IMG/VR virus record: IMGVR_UViG_3300037067_012889
Span: 160,001 to 224,000 of that record
From: a virus
Taxonomy: Duplodnaviria > Caudoviricetes
Reading direction: 5' to 3' (one strand)
Length of the DNA: 64,000 nt
Shown: positions 1-10,279 of the stretch, in pieces
Numbering within the stretch: position 1 is the stretch's first letter
Layout of the letters: every line of letters begins with the position of its first letter
Position numbers and translations under genes: made by a program
The notes under the pieces: generated by a model
What the model saw: only the letters and a program-made list of their open reading frames with translations
The model's database searches: none
Told to the model about the DNA's origin: nothing

Positions 1-13
1 TTTAGTTAGACAT

Positions 14-262
14 ATGAGGCGATATATGATCCCACTAGATGAATTACAAAATCATCTAATCCTTCTATCACATCATATTGATGATGTTCGTGAAGCATTA
101 GAGGACGGAGATGACACCATTATCGAGGCCAGTCTTGATGATATGGAAGAAATAATTGGTGAATTGAAAGCTTATCTACCCGAAGGGCTAGCACGGGAAG
201 TAGAAGCAAAAGAGATGGGAATGGATTCAAACGTGGAAGAGATTGCGAAAGATGTTTGGTAG
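14..262 (+). CDS. hypothetical acidic protein (82 aa)
   Basis: ATG-started ORF, co-oriented with the next genes; no recognisable motif. Confidence 0.55.
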   Translation: MRRYMIPLDELQNHLILLSHHIDDVREALEDGDDTIIEASLDDMEEIIGELKAYLPEGLAREVEAKEMGMDSNVEEIAKDVW

Positions 263-329
263 GTATTTGACGTAGTAGATAATTTATCGTCGTGGATGCG
301 ATATTGCTTGTAGCAATGAAATCCATACA

Positions 330-356
330 GTAGTAGTCGTAGTAGTCGTAGTAGTA
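330..356 (+). repeat. (GTAGTAGTC)x2 + GTAGTAGTA short tandem repeat directly before an AAGGAGGT RBS
   Basis: Read directly from the sequence. Confidence 0.8.
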
Positions 357-368
357 AGGAGGTGTCTT

Positions 369-1238
369 ATGACACTGAATAGCAAGCTTGCCGGTGCACG
401 TGCCATTCTAGAAGCACACAATTCTAACAGCACCAAACCCGTGGATGTCGAAGCCTTCTTCGCCAATCTCACAAACATGGGTGGCTCATCTGAGGACACT
501 CTGTCTGCCGCAAGTTGGGAAGATCTTGAAGCATGCGGTGCCCCGCGTATCCTAGCAAGACGAATTGCAACTCTGTTTCGAGGCGAACAGCCAGCTTCAA
601 CAACGCAAAAAGTCATTATTGAAGATAATGATCCTGAAAAGCTAGCAAAAGCCATGACACCAGCTCAATTGCTCGATGTCTATAACCCAAAACAATTGAA
701 AACACCTATTGCCGAGCGATTAAAGTTCTATTCAGAAGGCAAAAAATTCATCGTATTTAACGATGACGGAACAATAGATAAAACAATCTCGTTAAAGCTT
801 CTAGATGAGCTTGATGATCATGGTGAGATATTCACATATATCGGAACCGATGGTGTCATTAGGTTGACATATGCTGTTGGCGAACGACCAGATCAAATAA
901 CGAATGAGCATCCTTTATTCCCAGGCACCGCTTTGCGAAATGGCGTTTCTGCTATTGGGTGCGATTGGAATAAAATCGATTGGAAATCGAAGAGAACTCT
1001 ATATCTCGCAGTCACCGAGACATCAGAAATCGACATGAGTAAGATGCACGAACTCGATGTCTACGATCTAGCAAAAGACGGCATGGTCGATAGACGTTGC
1101 ATCGAAGCAGCCAAACTGTACAAAGAACGTGAAGCTCTCGAAAACTTACCCAGCCTACGTATTCGACTCGGCAAAAAGGCAGAGAAAACGCAGAAGGGAA
1201 ACAATCCTTTCAATCTAGGTAAGAACCGTGTTGTTTGA
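369..1238 (+). CDS. hypothetical protein (289 aa)
   Basis: Long ORF with a strong RBS (AAGGAGGT). Confidence 0.8.
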   Translation: MTLNSKLAGARAILEAHNSNSTKPVDVEAFFANLTNMGGSSEDTLSAASWEDLEACGAPRILARRIATLFRGEQPASTTQKVIIEDNDPEKLAKAMTPAQLLDVYNPKQLKTPIAERLKFYSEGKKFIVFNDDGTIDKTISLKLLDELDDHGEIFTYIGTDGVIRLTYAVGERPDQITNEHPLFPGTALRNGVSAIGCDWNKIDWKSKRTLYLAVTETSEIDMSKMHELDVYDLAKDGMVDRRCIEAAKLYKEREALENLPSLRIRLGKKAEKTQKGNNPFNLGKNRVV

Positions 1239-1325
1239 TCTGGTATGTTCCCAAACGTCAGGATACTAATCACAAACCCGCATGATGTGCTTATAGCACA
1301 TCATGCGTTCTTCTTGGAGACAATA

Positions 1326-2414
1326 ATGATTTCACCGCACACGTACGCTAATGGTATGATGGAAGTTAACGGCCTAAAAGCCCAAGTCAATACACCCGAA
1401 GCCTTAAAAGGTGATTCGCTACATGCGTTGCCGCCACATTGTGTAGTTCCTGCATGTGTCGTCGACGAATACCCAGCATGCCCAGAAAATTGGATGCATG
1501 GCTCTAGTAAAGCGTCCAGTTATTTTATACCAGTACAGACCGGCAGGGGGCTCTGGTTTGACTTCACTATGAATGTCGGGCATACCCATGACATAGCTAT
1601 CGTTGTTAGCGTACAAGGCGTCAATCCGATAACTGGCAAAAAAGTAACTGAATTGAATCTAGAACAATATCGCGAAAAATGTCCTGTCCACAACACAACT
1701 TTTCGACAGGACAGATTTTGTGAAGAATGTGGATATAAGTGGCCTGCTCAGAATTATATCGCAACGACAACAAACCAACTACTATGGATTGATGGTTTTC
1801 GTAATGAAAACGGCGAAGTAAGACAATATATCATTACAGAAGACATTACACGTGGCATAGCTGCACAAGTCATAGGAAATGACCGTGTCTGGGCTATTGG
1901 TTTTGCTTTTTATCTTAGCAAAGAACCACGTCATAGAGAAGCATCAAGTCTACTATTATGCCCGAAAACGAATTACTTCCAACAATCAAGTCCTAGCATA
2001 TATGGCGTAGACCAACAATTAAGTCCTAACATGTATGGTGTGTCTAATGATGCCGGAGATATGTGCGATTGTGCATCAGATACGTCAAAAGGAATGACGA
2101 ACATATCATTAAATTGTTGCAACGCATCTCCGACTGCATCTACAAAAGGCTTATATAAAAGTAGATTAATACGTTCTTGTTCGGTTACACCACCCATAAC
2201 GCCGCAGAAGACGCTAGAAATCGGTGCTGGTGCCAGAATTAACCAGGAGATTGGTATCGACCCAAATGCAATTGATTTTTGGCAGACGGAACCAGCAGGT
2301 TTGATTTATGCAAACTACTGTAGCAAAGAAACCTTTGCAGAGATCGTCGCGGCCGGGCGTAGACAAGATAAGAAAGATGGCGCACTAAATACTCTGAAAG
2401 TTGGCAATGTGTGA
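1326..2414 (+). CDS. uncharacterised conserved protein (QNY...WIDGF...GEVRQ and GAGARINQEI..D motifs) with a CPxH..CxxC insert
   Basis: ORF 1245..2414; start moved to ATG 1326 after a GGAG RBS. The motif order resembles a widespread uncharacterised family recalled from memory. Confidence 0.65.
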   Translation: MISPHTYANGMMEVNGLKAQVNTPEALKGDSLHALPPHCVVPACVVDEYPACPENWMHGSSKASSYFIPVQTGRGLWFDFTMNVGHTHDIAIVVSVQGVNPITGKKVTELNLEQYREKCPVHNTTFRQDRFCEECGYKWPAQNYIATTTNQLLWIDGFRNENGEVRQYIITEDITRGIAAQVIGNDRVWAIGFAFYLSKEPRHREASSLLLCPKTNYFQQSSPSIYGVDQQLSPNMYGVSNDAGDMCDCASDTSKGMTNISLNCCNASPTASTKGLYKSRLIRSCSVTPPITPQKTLEIGAGARINQEIGIDPNAIDFWQTEPAGLIYANYCSKETFAEIVAAGRRQDKKDGALNTLKVGNV

Positions 2415-2444
2415 TTCCTTTATAGGAATCAAGGGACCACAGGA

Positions 2445-4802
2445 CTAGCCATAAATCAGTTTATTTGCACCGGGCACCACTTCTTCGACTACCATCTTAC
2501 ATAAGCATAAGTGAAATTCACTTATCATTTTGTATTCGATTGAATCGAATCCGCAGCTTTCGCCGATTTCTTGTTTGACGGCGTTTGCTGCCGACGTGAA
2601 CTTCAACATTGCTGCAGTCCGCAGTTTTGATATGTGGGCGTTAGAAACAGAGCAGATATGCTCACCCTTCTCATCCACTTTATCGAAAATGTCGGTCCAC
2701 ACATGTATCGGAGTCTTTCTACCAATTTCGACACCACCAACGGCTGGATAACCTGCTTCGGCCCATTGAGATTTTCCACCGCTCGCGGTGATTTCCGGAT
2801 CTTGTGGTGTATCGCGCTCAGGATAGTTATCAATGCCATATATTCTGAGCAACATCCGATATTGCTGAACTGATACTGTCTCTGGTGATGGCTTGAGTTT
2901 AATATCCTGCTTTGCTACCTTCAACAGATCGTTGATTTCGGTCCGAATCTCACTAAATCCGCCATGTATCTCTATCGTCCCGAAGATCGATTTAAGTAAT
3001 TCAGAAATTTCTTCTTTCCATTCGCCCAAATCTCCTACATCTTGGGCAATGTTTTTAAGATCACTGATTGCCTTTGTGGTGTCGAGATTTTCAGAGCGTG
3101 CCTCTAGATAACTATCGACAGCTTCTCGAATAGCCGTAAAAATCTCAGCGGCTTCTTCTGCTTGTTCTTTTCGTTTAACAGAATCATCCTGATATGGCGA
3201 AACTTTAGCAATCGTCATCGCCAACTTTTCACGAGTCTCCTCACTATGCAAATAGTCTACATTAGTGCCAGTACTAGCGAAATCTGTACGCTCAGTCTGC
3301 TCGTCATCATCGCCGCCGACATCCATAGAAGCAGCATGAATAGCTTGTAAGTTAACCTGTTCTCGCGTTCTGATCATTTCTTGCTGATGTTCGCTCATAC
3401 TGATGAATTCCTCTAGTTGCTCTCTATCATTCGATCTTAATGCTTCTTCTAATCTTGCCGTTATTGCTGCAAGTCCAATAGATCCCGGAGATTTATGTAA
3501 ATCTTTCTGATGTGGTTCATATCTAGAAACATACGCTGTTTTCCGCACAGTACCAGTTTTGCCATACTTGCTCTTACTTATGGGATACTTGAAATCGTGC
3601 CACAATTTTTTCGCAGCATCGACAAGTTGATCAGATGACTGCCCATTAGATAACAACTTATCAGCATGACGGGCCAATTCACGTTGCTTGTCTAGTAATT
3701 TGGCGGCTTTATTATATGCCACTAATGAACCATGCTCCCTCGGTTTTGTACCAACGGCACCGCTACGAGTGCTGCCGAGGGATTTATACTTACTTTCATT
3801 TTGTTCTATCTTGTCAAACACCTCATCCATGCTTTCAAGTTCTCGTTGAATCTCCTTAGCGCTTCCAGATGTTATAGCACGAAGAAGTTTGCTTCTTACC
3901 TCCAACAATTCATCAGCGAGAATACCATATGGATGTTTCGGGCCAGATTCTAATTCACCTCTACCACCGCACCTGACACAGCGCACTAATGCCCTGCGGC
4001 CTTCTTTATCTAGCATATTCTTACTTTGAATCTCTCCGGTGCCCTCGCAATCTGGGCAACGATTGAAGTTCGCAAAAATTTTGCGAACTTCCATAATATC
4101 ACCCTCTATTCGTTCTCCATTCCTGATATTGCGAATAGCCGATTTTGCGATAGATGTCAAATTTCTTCGTATTCCCCTAGCTTTGCGATATTCATCATGA
4201 TATCCGGGCGGAACACCCGAACGCATAGCTTGTTCTATAGCTATACCAATATAAGAGTCAAACCTTACACCTTCTTCGGCTCTATCACCGGGCAATACCT
4301 GTATAGCCGCTTCGGCACCACGCATCATTGCATCTCTTATATCGTTCTCATCATATGTGCCACCATGTGTTGCCGCTGCTGCCCCAGAAACCGAACCCTT
4401 TTTGGCGATTCTTCGTAGGACAGAATTGTCGTATTCGTCATATAGTTTACCTATTAGTGTCTCGATCACTTCACTAACAGACCATGGCCTAATTCCACCA
4501 TATTTATGGCTGTATGGATTTTCATCGAATTTTATATTGTGTGAGTCTCTTTCCGATAGACCGCGCTTACCGGTATCCTTAGGGCCGATAGGTTGTTTAG
4601 AACCTGCTGTGAATACTCTTGGCGGTATATAATCACGGCCAGCGACATAATCATCCCAGCCGACATTTGGACCTTTACAATTATGTAAGGCCATCTTCCT
4701 GGCCGCAGGATCGTTCATATCGACTACTATTTCCGGTGGATTTTCTGCCTCACTAATAATTCCGACATTGAACGCCGAATCTAGTCGCTGTATAATATTC
4801 AT
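2445..4802 (-). CDS. expanded sigma70-family-like factor with a DnaJ-type Zn-finger insertion (785 aa)
   Basis: Region 2-like DIRDAMMRGAEAAIQVLPGDRAEEGVRFDSYIGIAIEQAM, region 3.2-like ASMDVGGDDDEQTERTDF, region 4.1-like VSVQQYRMLLRIYGI and region 4.2-like SVSNAHISKLRTAAMLKF occur in canonical order; also CPDCEGTG..CVRCGGRG. Confidence 0.6.
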   Translation of the reverse strand: MNIIQRLDSAFNVGIISEAENPPEIVVDMNDPAARKMALHNCKGPNVGWDDYVAGRDYIPPRVFTAGSKQPIGPKDTGKRGLSERDSHNIKFDENPYSHKYGGIRPWSVSEVIETLIGKLYDEYDNSVLRRIAKKGSVSGAAAATHGGTYDENDIRDAMMRGAEAAIQVLPGDRAEEGVRFDSYIGIAIEQAMRSGVPPGYHDEYRKARGIRRNLTSIAKSAIRNIRNGERIEGDIMEVRKIFANFNRCPDCEGTGEIQSKNMLDKEGRRALVRCVRCGGRGELESGPKHPYGILADELLEVRSKLLRAITSGSAKEIQRELESMDEVFDKIEQNESKYKSLGSTRSGAVGTKPREHGSLVAYNKAAKLLDKQRELARHADKLLSNGQSSDQLVDAAKKLWHDFKYPISKSKYGKTGTVRKTAYVSRYEPHQKDLHKSPGSIGLAAITARLEEALRSNDREQLEEFISMSEHQQEMIRTREQVNLQAIHAASMDVGGDDDEQTERTDFASTGTNVDYLHSEETREKLAMTIAKVSPYQDDSVKRKEQAEEAAEIFTAIREAVDSYLEARSENLDTTKAISDLKNIAQDVGDLGEWKEEISELLKSIFGTIEIHGGFSEIRTEINDLLKVAKQDIKLKPSPETVSVQQYRMLLRIYGIDNYPERDTPQDPEITASGGKSQWAEAGYPAVGGVEIGRKTPIHVWTDIFDKVDEKGEHICSVSNAHISKLRTAAMLKFTSAANAVKQEIGESCGFDSIEYKMISEFHLCLCKMVVEEVVPGANKLIYG

Positions 4803-4908
4803 ATGTCACTCCACTGATTAATAATTACCTAAATATCTTTGGCTGCCGGTCGCGCGTGGTGGAATTGCTTGCAGTATCTTATATACAACAAACCAAAGAG
4901 ATATTAAG

Positions 4909-5847
4909 ATGCTCGTAGAAAGCCATCGACATTTAGCAGGTTCCATAACCCCAGAAACTATATGGGAAATAATTAGCGGACCTCCATACCCTCTGTACTG
5001 TTTTGGCACGAAATTGTCCGTCGTATCATCTCTAGAAGCCGTGCGCCAACAAGTATGTCTTATGCGTGACGACGCCGACTTCAATTATTTCTGTTCAAGA
5101 TTCAATATCTTAAATAAAATAGAATGGAATGATTGGGCATTATATAAAGTAGCAAGACAAGTATTATCTGATATAAAAACCGAAGGAATAGATTGGTGCA
5201 CTCTTACAGTATCATTGAACAAATTCACCGGATCAGACGATCTAGTTACCACTGGCTATCGAGTGTTTAGTATATTAGATGTAATCACAAAAGAGTTAGA
5301 TATTAATGTCAATTTTTTATTATCTATTAGTTATGATTGGCCTATAGAATTGCAACTTAAGATGCTTGGCCTTATCGAGCATCTAGGGATTTTCGTATCT
5401 GGTGTAGATTTTGTTGGTGATGAATCACTTGCTAAATGGCATGAATATACAGAGCCACTTAGCAAATGGAAAGCAGAAGACAAAACCATACGTGTCCATG
5501 TAGCAGAAAGGCCAGGAACTAGCAATAATCTCGGCCTGGCTATGACACATATAGACATTACCAGGATTGCCCATGGAATCTATGCCACAAAAGAGCAACA
5601 GATAGAAACCATACGTCGTGGAATTGTATTCGACATGGCAATACATAGTAATATTTATACGCATGCGATTGAACTGACAAAACACCCGATCAAACAAATG
5701 CAAGAGGCTGGATGTCTGATAACTGTCGGCACTGATGACCCCGTACAGTTCAACTGTACATTACAAAATGAATATGCACTGGCCGAAGCTATGGGTGTAA
5801 ATAAGGAATTACTGCGACAAACAGCAATCACATCAAGGATAATATGA
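4909..5847 (+). CDS. add: adenosine/adenine deaminase family metallohydrolase
   Basis: HRHLAGS, VHVAE, RIAHG, SN and TDDP motifs. Confidence 0.85.
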   Translation: MLVESHRHLAGSITPETIWEIISGPPYPLYCFGTKLSVVSSLEAVRQQVCLMRDDADFNYFCSRFNILNKIEWNDWALYKVARQVLSDIKTEGIDWCTLTVSLNKFTGSDDLVTTGYRVFSILDVITKELDINVNFLLSISYDWPIELQLKMLGLIEHLGIFVSGVDFVGDESLAKWHEYTEPLSKWKAEDKTIRVHVAERPGTSNNLGLAMTHIDITRIAHGIYATKEQQIETIRRGIVFDMAIHSNIYTHAIELTKHPIKQMQEAGCLITVGTDDPVQFNCTLQNEYALAEAMGVNKELLRQTAITSRII

Positions 5848-5849
5848 AG

Positions 5850-6263
5850 CTAGTGTTTGTGCTTCGCTTTTTCTATTAGGTCTAACACATTATTATATAG
5901 CTTTAGCGATTTCATCTCTTTGGTAGTAAAGAATCCAAGTGATGCAAATTCATGATTAGGTTTCAGCCTACTACAGTCTGTAGAGTCTGTTTTACACGGT
6001 ACAAACGCCACAAATCCTTTACGTTTATCCTTAATTGGACCTGAAATAGAACGGCATTTACAACCAGTTTCTTCTTGTGTCTCCCTGACAGCTGCTTTCT
6101 CTGGTGTTTCTCCGGATTTAATCCCACCCCCAGGAAAACACCAACGGCCCGAGCGATCGTCGTCCGACTTAGATAATCCCAATAGCCATTTATCTCGACA
6201 TTTAACAATACCGACAGCGGCAGTAAATTTATCTAACCCTTCAACCAGTAATCTTAATTGCAT
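5850..6263 (-). CDS. Nudix hydrolase
   Basis: Nudix box GGIKSGETPEKAAVRETQEETG. Confidence 0.92.
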   Translation of the reverse strand: MQLRLLVEGLDKFTAAVGIVKCRDKWLLGLSKSDDDRSGRWCFPGGGIKSGETPEKAAVRETQEETGCKCRSISGPIKDKRKGFVAFVPCKTDSTDCSRLKPNHEFASLGFFTTKEMKSLKLYNNVLDLIEKAKHKH

Positions 6264-6763
6264 TACGAGTTTCCCTTTTTAACTTCTTTAATTTCTTTGT
6301 CTACTAATTCCTTTAAATAGTCATTAAGCGATGCCCAGCATTTTCGCTCATCTGGCTCTATATCATCCAATCCACTATCGTTATTTGGAGAAGTCTGATT
6401 ACCTTTACTACCTAAAAGGTGGAGATTACCTTGTTCTTTATTTGGGATAAAACAGAAATATGGGTTGTGATATTGACTAAGTTCAAAAGCATATCCATCC
6501 CATAACTGGCATCGGAAATAAATCGATGGCCGTTCCCAATCGCCACCACCTTTTCTCATTTGACAATGGAATGTACACTTCGATGATTCCCATTGTTTTT
6601 GCGGTATAGTTATGACTCGCTCAACTATGGTGTCGTCATTTTCAAGACTAAAACTAACACCAAACTCTTTCTTGGCCTCCTTGAATTTTTCATCCCACAT
6701 TGGTTTGGATATAGCATCATATCCAAAAAACTCTTTATCTTCTGTCAACAATCTTAATTTCAT
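6263..6763 (-). CDS. hypothetical protein with MKLRLLTE N-terminus (putative head-packaged protein)
   Basis: Stop/start overlap with the Nudix gene; shared N-terminal motif. Confidence 0.7.
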   Translation of the reverse strand: MKLRLLTEDKEFFGYDAISKPMWDEKFKEAKKEFGVSFSLENDDTIVERVITIPQKQWESSKCTFHCQMRKGGGDWERPSIYFRCQLWDGYAFELSQYHNPYFCFIPNKEQGNLHLLGSKGNQTSPNNDSGLDDIEPDERKCWASLNDYLKELVDKEIKEVKKGNS

Positions 6764-6767
6764 TTTA

Positions 6768-7070
6768 CTACCTACTCAAAATTACAATATCGAATATATC
6801 CGATTGTGGACTTGGATATCCATCTACAACCATAAATTCATGAACAAGTGGTGCCGACATAGTAGTACCACATACTTCACGCAATTCTATTGTGATTGTC
6901 GTATTGTCTACTACCTGTAATTCTGAAATTTCTACAGATTCAATATCGCGATCATTGATCGTCTTATGTGGCATTCCGTCGATAAGAATCTGAACTTCTC
7001 GCGATGTAGCCTCTGATTTTTTGAGAACTTCGGGAATGGTTATTACCATATCAATAGTTCCGTTCATCAT
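6768..7070 (-). CDS. hypothetical beta-rich protein
   Basis: Tightly packed ORF; GGAG before ATG 7070. Confidence 0.55.
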   Translation of the reverse strand: MMNGTIDMVITIPEVLKKSEATSREVQILIDGMPHKTINDRDIESVEISELQVVDNTTITIELREVCGTTMSAPLVHEFMVVDGYPSPQSDIFDIVILSR

Positions 7071-7176
7071 AATCTCCGCAAGGTACGCAAGAATCACAGA
7101 CAAACACACTTATATTTGTTAGGTTATCATTATAAGTTTGATCAATAGTCAAAATTATATGTGGAGAAAATACCAT

Positions 7177-8145
7177 ATGTTGAGTCTCGTAAGAAAACCC
7201 GATGGTAAAAAATGCAAGAGTAAAAAAGAGACTACGTGGGAACCAGAATATCGCACACCAGAACGCGATCTCGACAAACTAATCGACGTAAACGAGCCTG
7301 GTCTACCAGCGATACATAGTGTCAATAAAACATCAACCTTACCCAAGGAATTATCCTGGGGCCACATGAGAGAGGGTAAAACTATGTTATCGTCGACTCT
7401 AGATAAGAAACTCAACAAAGCACTAGAGCCATTGATATCGAACACCAAATTCGATGATGATAATACCCAGCTTGCATTAGAAGAGATGATGCGCATTACC
7501 ACATCGCCACGAAGATTTGACAATCAGATCCAATTCTCGCAATATCTCACCGAGGGAATTATTCTAAATGTCAACAGATTGGTGTCACAAAGCATTGGGA
7601 TCCCACAAGGTGAATATGTTCTATATAACATCACACCAGAAAAGGCGATGTTAGTCCCAACAGACGAAATCACAGTTCAAGAAACCGACTTTAGCAAGTT
7701 ACCAAAAACTTTCGAAATCCACACAAGTAAACTTCTAGGATGTTGGAACAAAATCGAGGGCACCATAACAGAAGCAGATACTGCGAATGTATCTGGAAGA
7801 CCACCGAGACGATTTGGCCACAAAGAGATTGAACAAACATCGCAGTCGAAATACAAGAATGTTCCGGAAGTCGTATCAGCTCTTGAAAGAGCTGGGAAAA
7901 CACAAGAAGAAGTTGCAGACGAAATTGGCGTCCATCCATCTACCGTCAGCAGATACAAACATGCAACGAGTAAAAAAGGTGGTCGAGTCCCAAGTTTAGG
8001 TGCTGCATTGAAGTTGGCCGATGCTACTGGTGGAAATATTGAAGCTATGTTCGGAAATGTTGAGCCGCCGACCAAGCGCAAAGCTACGAGTGGTAGTGGA
8101 GGTGGTCGAAATCCGACATATAAGAGTGGCAACGCGGACAAATAG
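7177..8145 (+). CDS. protein with a C-terminal XRE/Cro-type HTH domain
   Basis: KTQEEVADEIGVHPSTVSRY...VPSLGAALKLADA; GGAG RBS before ATG 7177. Confidence 0.8.
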   Translation: MLSLVRKPDGKKCKSKKETTWEPEYRTPERDLDKLIDVNEPGLPAIHSVNKTSTLPKELSWGHMREGKTMLSSTLDKKLNKALEPLISNTKFDDDNTQLALEEMMRITTSPRRFDNQIQFSQYLTEGIILNVNRLVSQSIGIPQGEYVLYNITPEKAMLVPTDEITVQETDFSKLPKTFEIHTSKLLGCWNKIEGTITEADTANVSGRPPRRFGHKEIEQTSQSKYKNVPEVVSALERAGKTQEEVADEIGVHPSTVSRYKHATSKKGGRVPSLGAALKLADATGGNIEAMFGNVEPPTKRKATSGSGGGRNPTYKSGNADK

Positions 8146-8215
8146 ATATAAAAATTAAATATCGTTATATATTCTAGATAGTAAATAATATATTATCAAC
8201 ATCCAGGAGTATGTC

Positions 8216-8641
8216 ATGTATATTGAGCCAGTGCCTATAGGTGGAGCATATGATAAATCCTGCACTGTCTTTGAAATAAAGATATATGATCATCTCAACC
8301 ACATAGATCCCGGTGAGTTTGGACTAACCGGAGTACCAAAACTTGATCCGGAAATGTATTATGTCACTAGCGGTGACGCTATTTGCAAAACCAATCAGCT
8401 ACACAAAGATTTATGGTTATTAGTTGGTAAAATTCAAAAACTCGCTGGTAAGAATCCCACAAAACAGCTCACATTATATCTAAAAGCCTTGTATAGTTGT
8501 GCTGTTAAATCGAAAGTACTAATCGATAAGCTCAAAATAGCGAAAGGCGAAGCTATTTTTCTTGAAACAGAATGGCGAGACGGACGCGTGATATGTGTAG
8601 CTAAAAACCCGCGCCCAAAAATTAAGATTGCCGAAATCTAG
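8216..8641 (+). CDS. hypothetical protein (141 aa)
   Basis: AGGAG RBS and ATG start. Confidence 0.7.
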   Translation: MYIEPVPIGGAYDKSCTVFEIKIYDHLNHIDPGEFGLTGVPKLDPEMYYVTSGDAICKTNQLHKDLWLLVGKIQKLAGKNPTKQLTLYLKALYSCAVKSKVLIDKLKIAKGEAIFLETEWRDGRVICVAKNPRPKIKIAEI

Positions 8642-8661
8642 TCGTTATCAAAAACGATTTT

Positions 8662-9492
8662 TCACTCATATCTCCACGCAATCAACTCTTGTTCAACAAG
8701 ACCTGTAGTATATCTGGGTTGCACACTATGTTGTAAGTCTACGATTTTTGTCTTCGCATCAGTTCCACTGAATTGTTCGACAATAAATGGGTGTGCCTTG
8801 TTAGTATAAATGAATTGCTGACCACTCTTCAAAATACACCCAATTAGTGCTGTCTGGTCTTCTGCTGTGAATTCACCACTATAACCAGTGAATTTCTTCT
8901 TGTCATCATAGTATGGAGGGTCTAGGAAAACCACACATTTCTCACATAGTGACTGTATAGTAGTTATCGCATCGTTTTTACAGATTAAAGTTCCCTGCAA
9001 CGCCGCAGAATCACATCGTATCAATTCTTCATTGCAAATTTCTGGATTTTTGTAGCTTCCTGGCGGAACATTGAATCGGCCCTGTTTATTGATACGCATC
9101 AAACCATTGAAACACGTACGCAATAAAAACATGATTCTAGAAGCACGCATGATGGGATCGGTTGGACTAGATGCTCGTATTGCTCGATATGTCTCCAAAG
9201 ATTGGCCATCTGATTTATGGACATATTTATAATCCGGTTTTTTCAATTCTCTGATAAGATCTTCTGGCCGATCTCTAATTACAATATAAAGATTTATCAA
9301 CTCTGCGTTAGTGTCGGCTATAACTCGATGCTTGAACCTATTATGAACCGTCCAATATAAAGCTCCACCACCAATCATTGGCTCACAATACCCAAGCTCC
9401 ATATCACCGCTTAAGAAATTTAAAATTATATGTAATTCCGAAAGCAGATATGTCTTACCACCAGCCCATTTGATAAAAGGTTTCGGATCCAT
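8662..9492 (-). CDS. dam: Dam-type DNA adenine methyltransferase
   Basis: KPFIKWAGGK, EPMIGGGA, FNGLMRINKQGRFNVP and FLDPPY motifs. Confidence 0.93.
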   Translation of the reverse strand: MDPKPFIKWAGGKTYLLSELHIILNFLSGDMELGYCEPMIGGGALYWTVHNRFKHRVIADTNAELINLYIVIRDRPEDLIRELKKPDYKYVHKSDGQSLETYRAIRASSPTDPIMRASRIMFLLRTCFNGLMRINKQGRFNVPPGSYKNPEICNEELIRCDSAALQGTLICKNDAITTIQSLCEKCVVFLDPPYYDDKKKFTGYSGEFTAEDQTALIGCILKSGQQFIYTNKAHPFIVEQFSGTDAKTKIVDLQHSVQPRYTTGLVEQELIAWRYE

Positions 9493-9493
9493 A

Positions 9494-9522
9494 TTAACCC
9501 AATGTATCCTTCGTGCTATAAT
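9494..9522 (+). promoter_or_regulatory. sigma70-like promoter TTAACC-N17(..TCGTGC)-TATAAT
   Basis: Member of a recurring motif family; lies upstream of tmk. Confidence 0.7.
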
Positions 9523-9568
9523 GACGTATTTGATGAATGTTAAATACTACACATTAACAGAGGCAACC

Positions 9569-10279
9569 ATGCATCCAGGTTTATATGTTGTGTTCGAGGG
9601 ATCGGATTTCTCCGGTAAGAGTACATTGGCACACATGGTTATGGAGGAACTTCGAAATACCGATCTCAATTGTATTCTCACTCATCATCCCGGATCTACT
9701 CCTCTTGGAAAACATCTGCGTAAGCTCGTAAAAACCCCAGAAGAATTTGACGAGCCTGGCGCTGATCCGATAGTCATCGATAGTATGTCGGCGCAGATGT
9801 TGATGATGGTCGATCACAGCAATTTTATCAGCACCAAATTGATTCCATATCTTGATGAAGGTGGTGTTGTTTTAGCAGATAGATCTAATTACATCAGTTG
9901 CATTGTTTATGGTGTAGCAGAGGGTCTAAAATTAACATCGATCAACAAATTGCTGAGTTTAGTGCAATCGCCGATACCAGATAGAGTCTTCATCATCTCG
10001 AACAGATGGGAAACAATCCAAGAGCGCATGAAGAAGTCTGATCGCACTAAGTCAGACAGATTTGATAATAATGAAAACTTATTACGCCATGTTGGCGAAT
10101 TGTATGATAACCTTCTGCAATTAAGCCCAGAATCTTTAATGATGCTGTCGCGATATGTACCATTAGAGCATATTGTGTATCTCAATGGTGACACACCAGC
10201 CATAGAATTAGCAAAAACAGTATCGCAAAAAATAATACGAATGGCAAATGAGAAATCGGCGAATAATGTCGCCCAGTAA
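9569..10279 (+). CDS. tmk: thymidylate kinase
   Basis: P-loop VVFEGSDFSGKST, HPG and LADR motifs; start reset to ATG 9569. Confidence 0.9.
   Translation: MHPGLYVVFEGSDFSGKSTLAHMVMEELRNTDLNCILTHHPGSTPLGKHLRKLVKTPEEFDEPGADPIVIDSMSAQMLMMVDHSNFISTKLIPYLDEGGVVLADRSNYISCIVYGVAEGLKLTSINKLLSLVQSPIPDRVFIISNRWETIQERMKKSDRTKSDRFDNNENLLRHVGELYDNLLQLSPESLMMLSRYVPLEHIVYLNGDTPAIELAKTVSQKIIRMANEKSANNVAQ

Noticed and set aside
2445-4802. Direct partnership between the sigma-like protein and the dCas12f pair, as in sigmaE-dCas12f activators
   Set aside because: The genes are about 37 kb apart and the protein is not a small ECF sigma. Nothing in the sequence links them.
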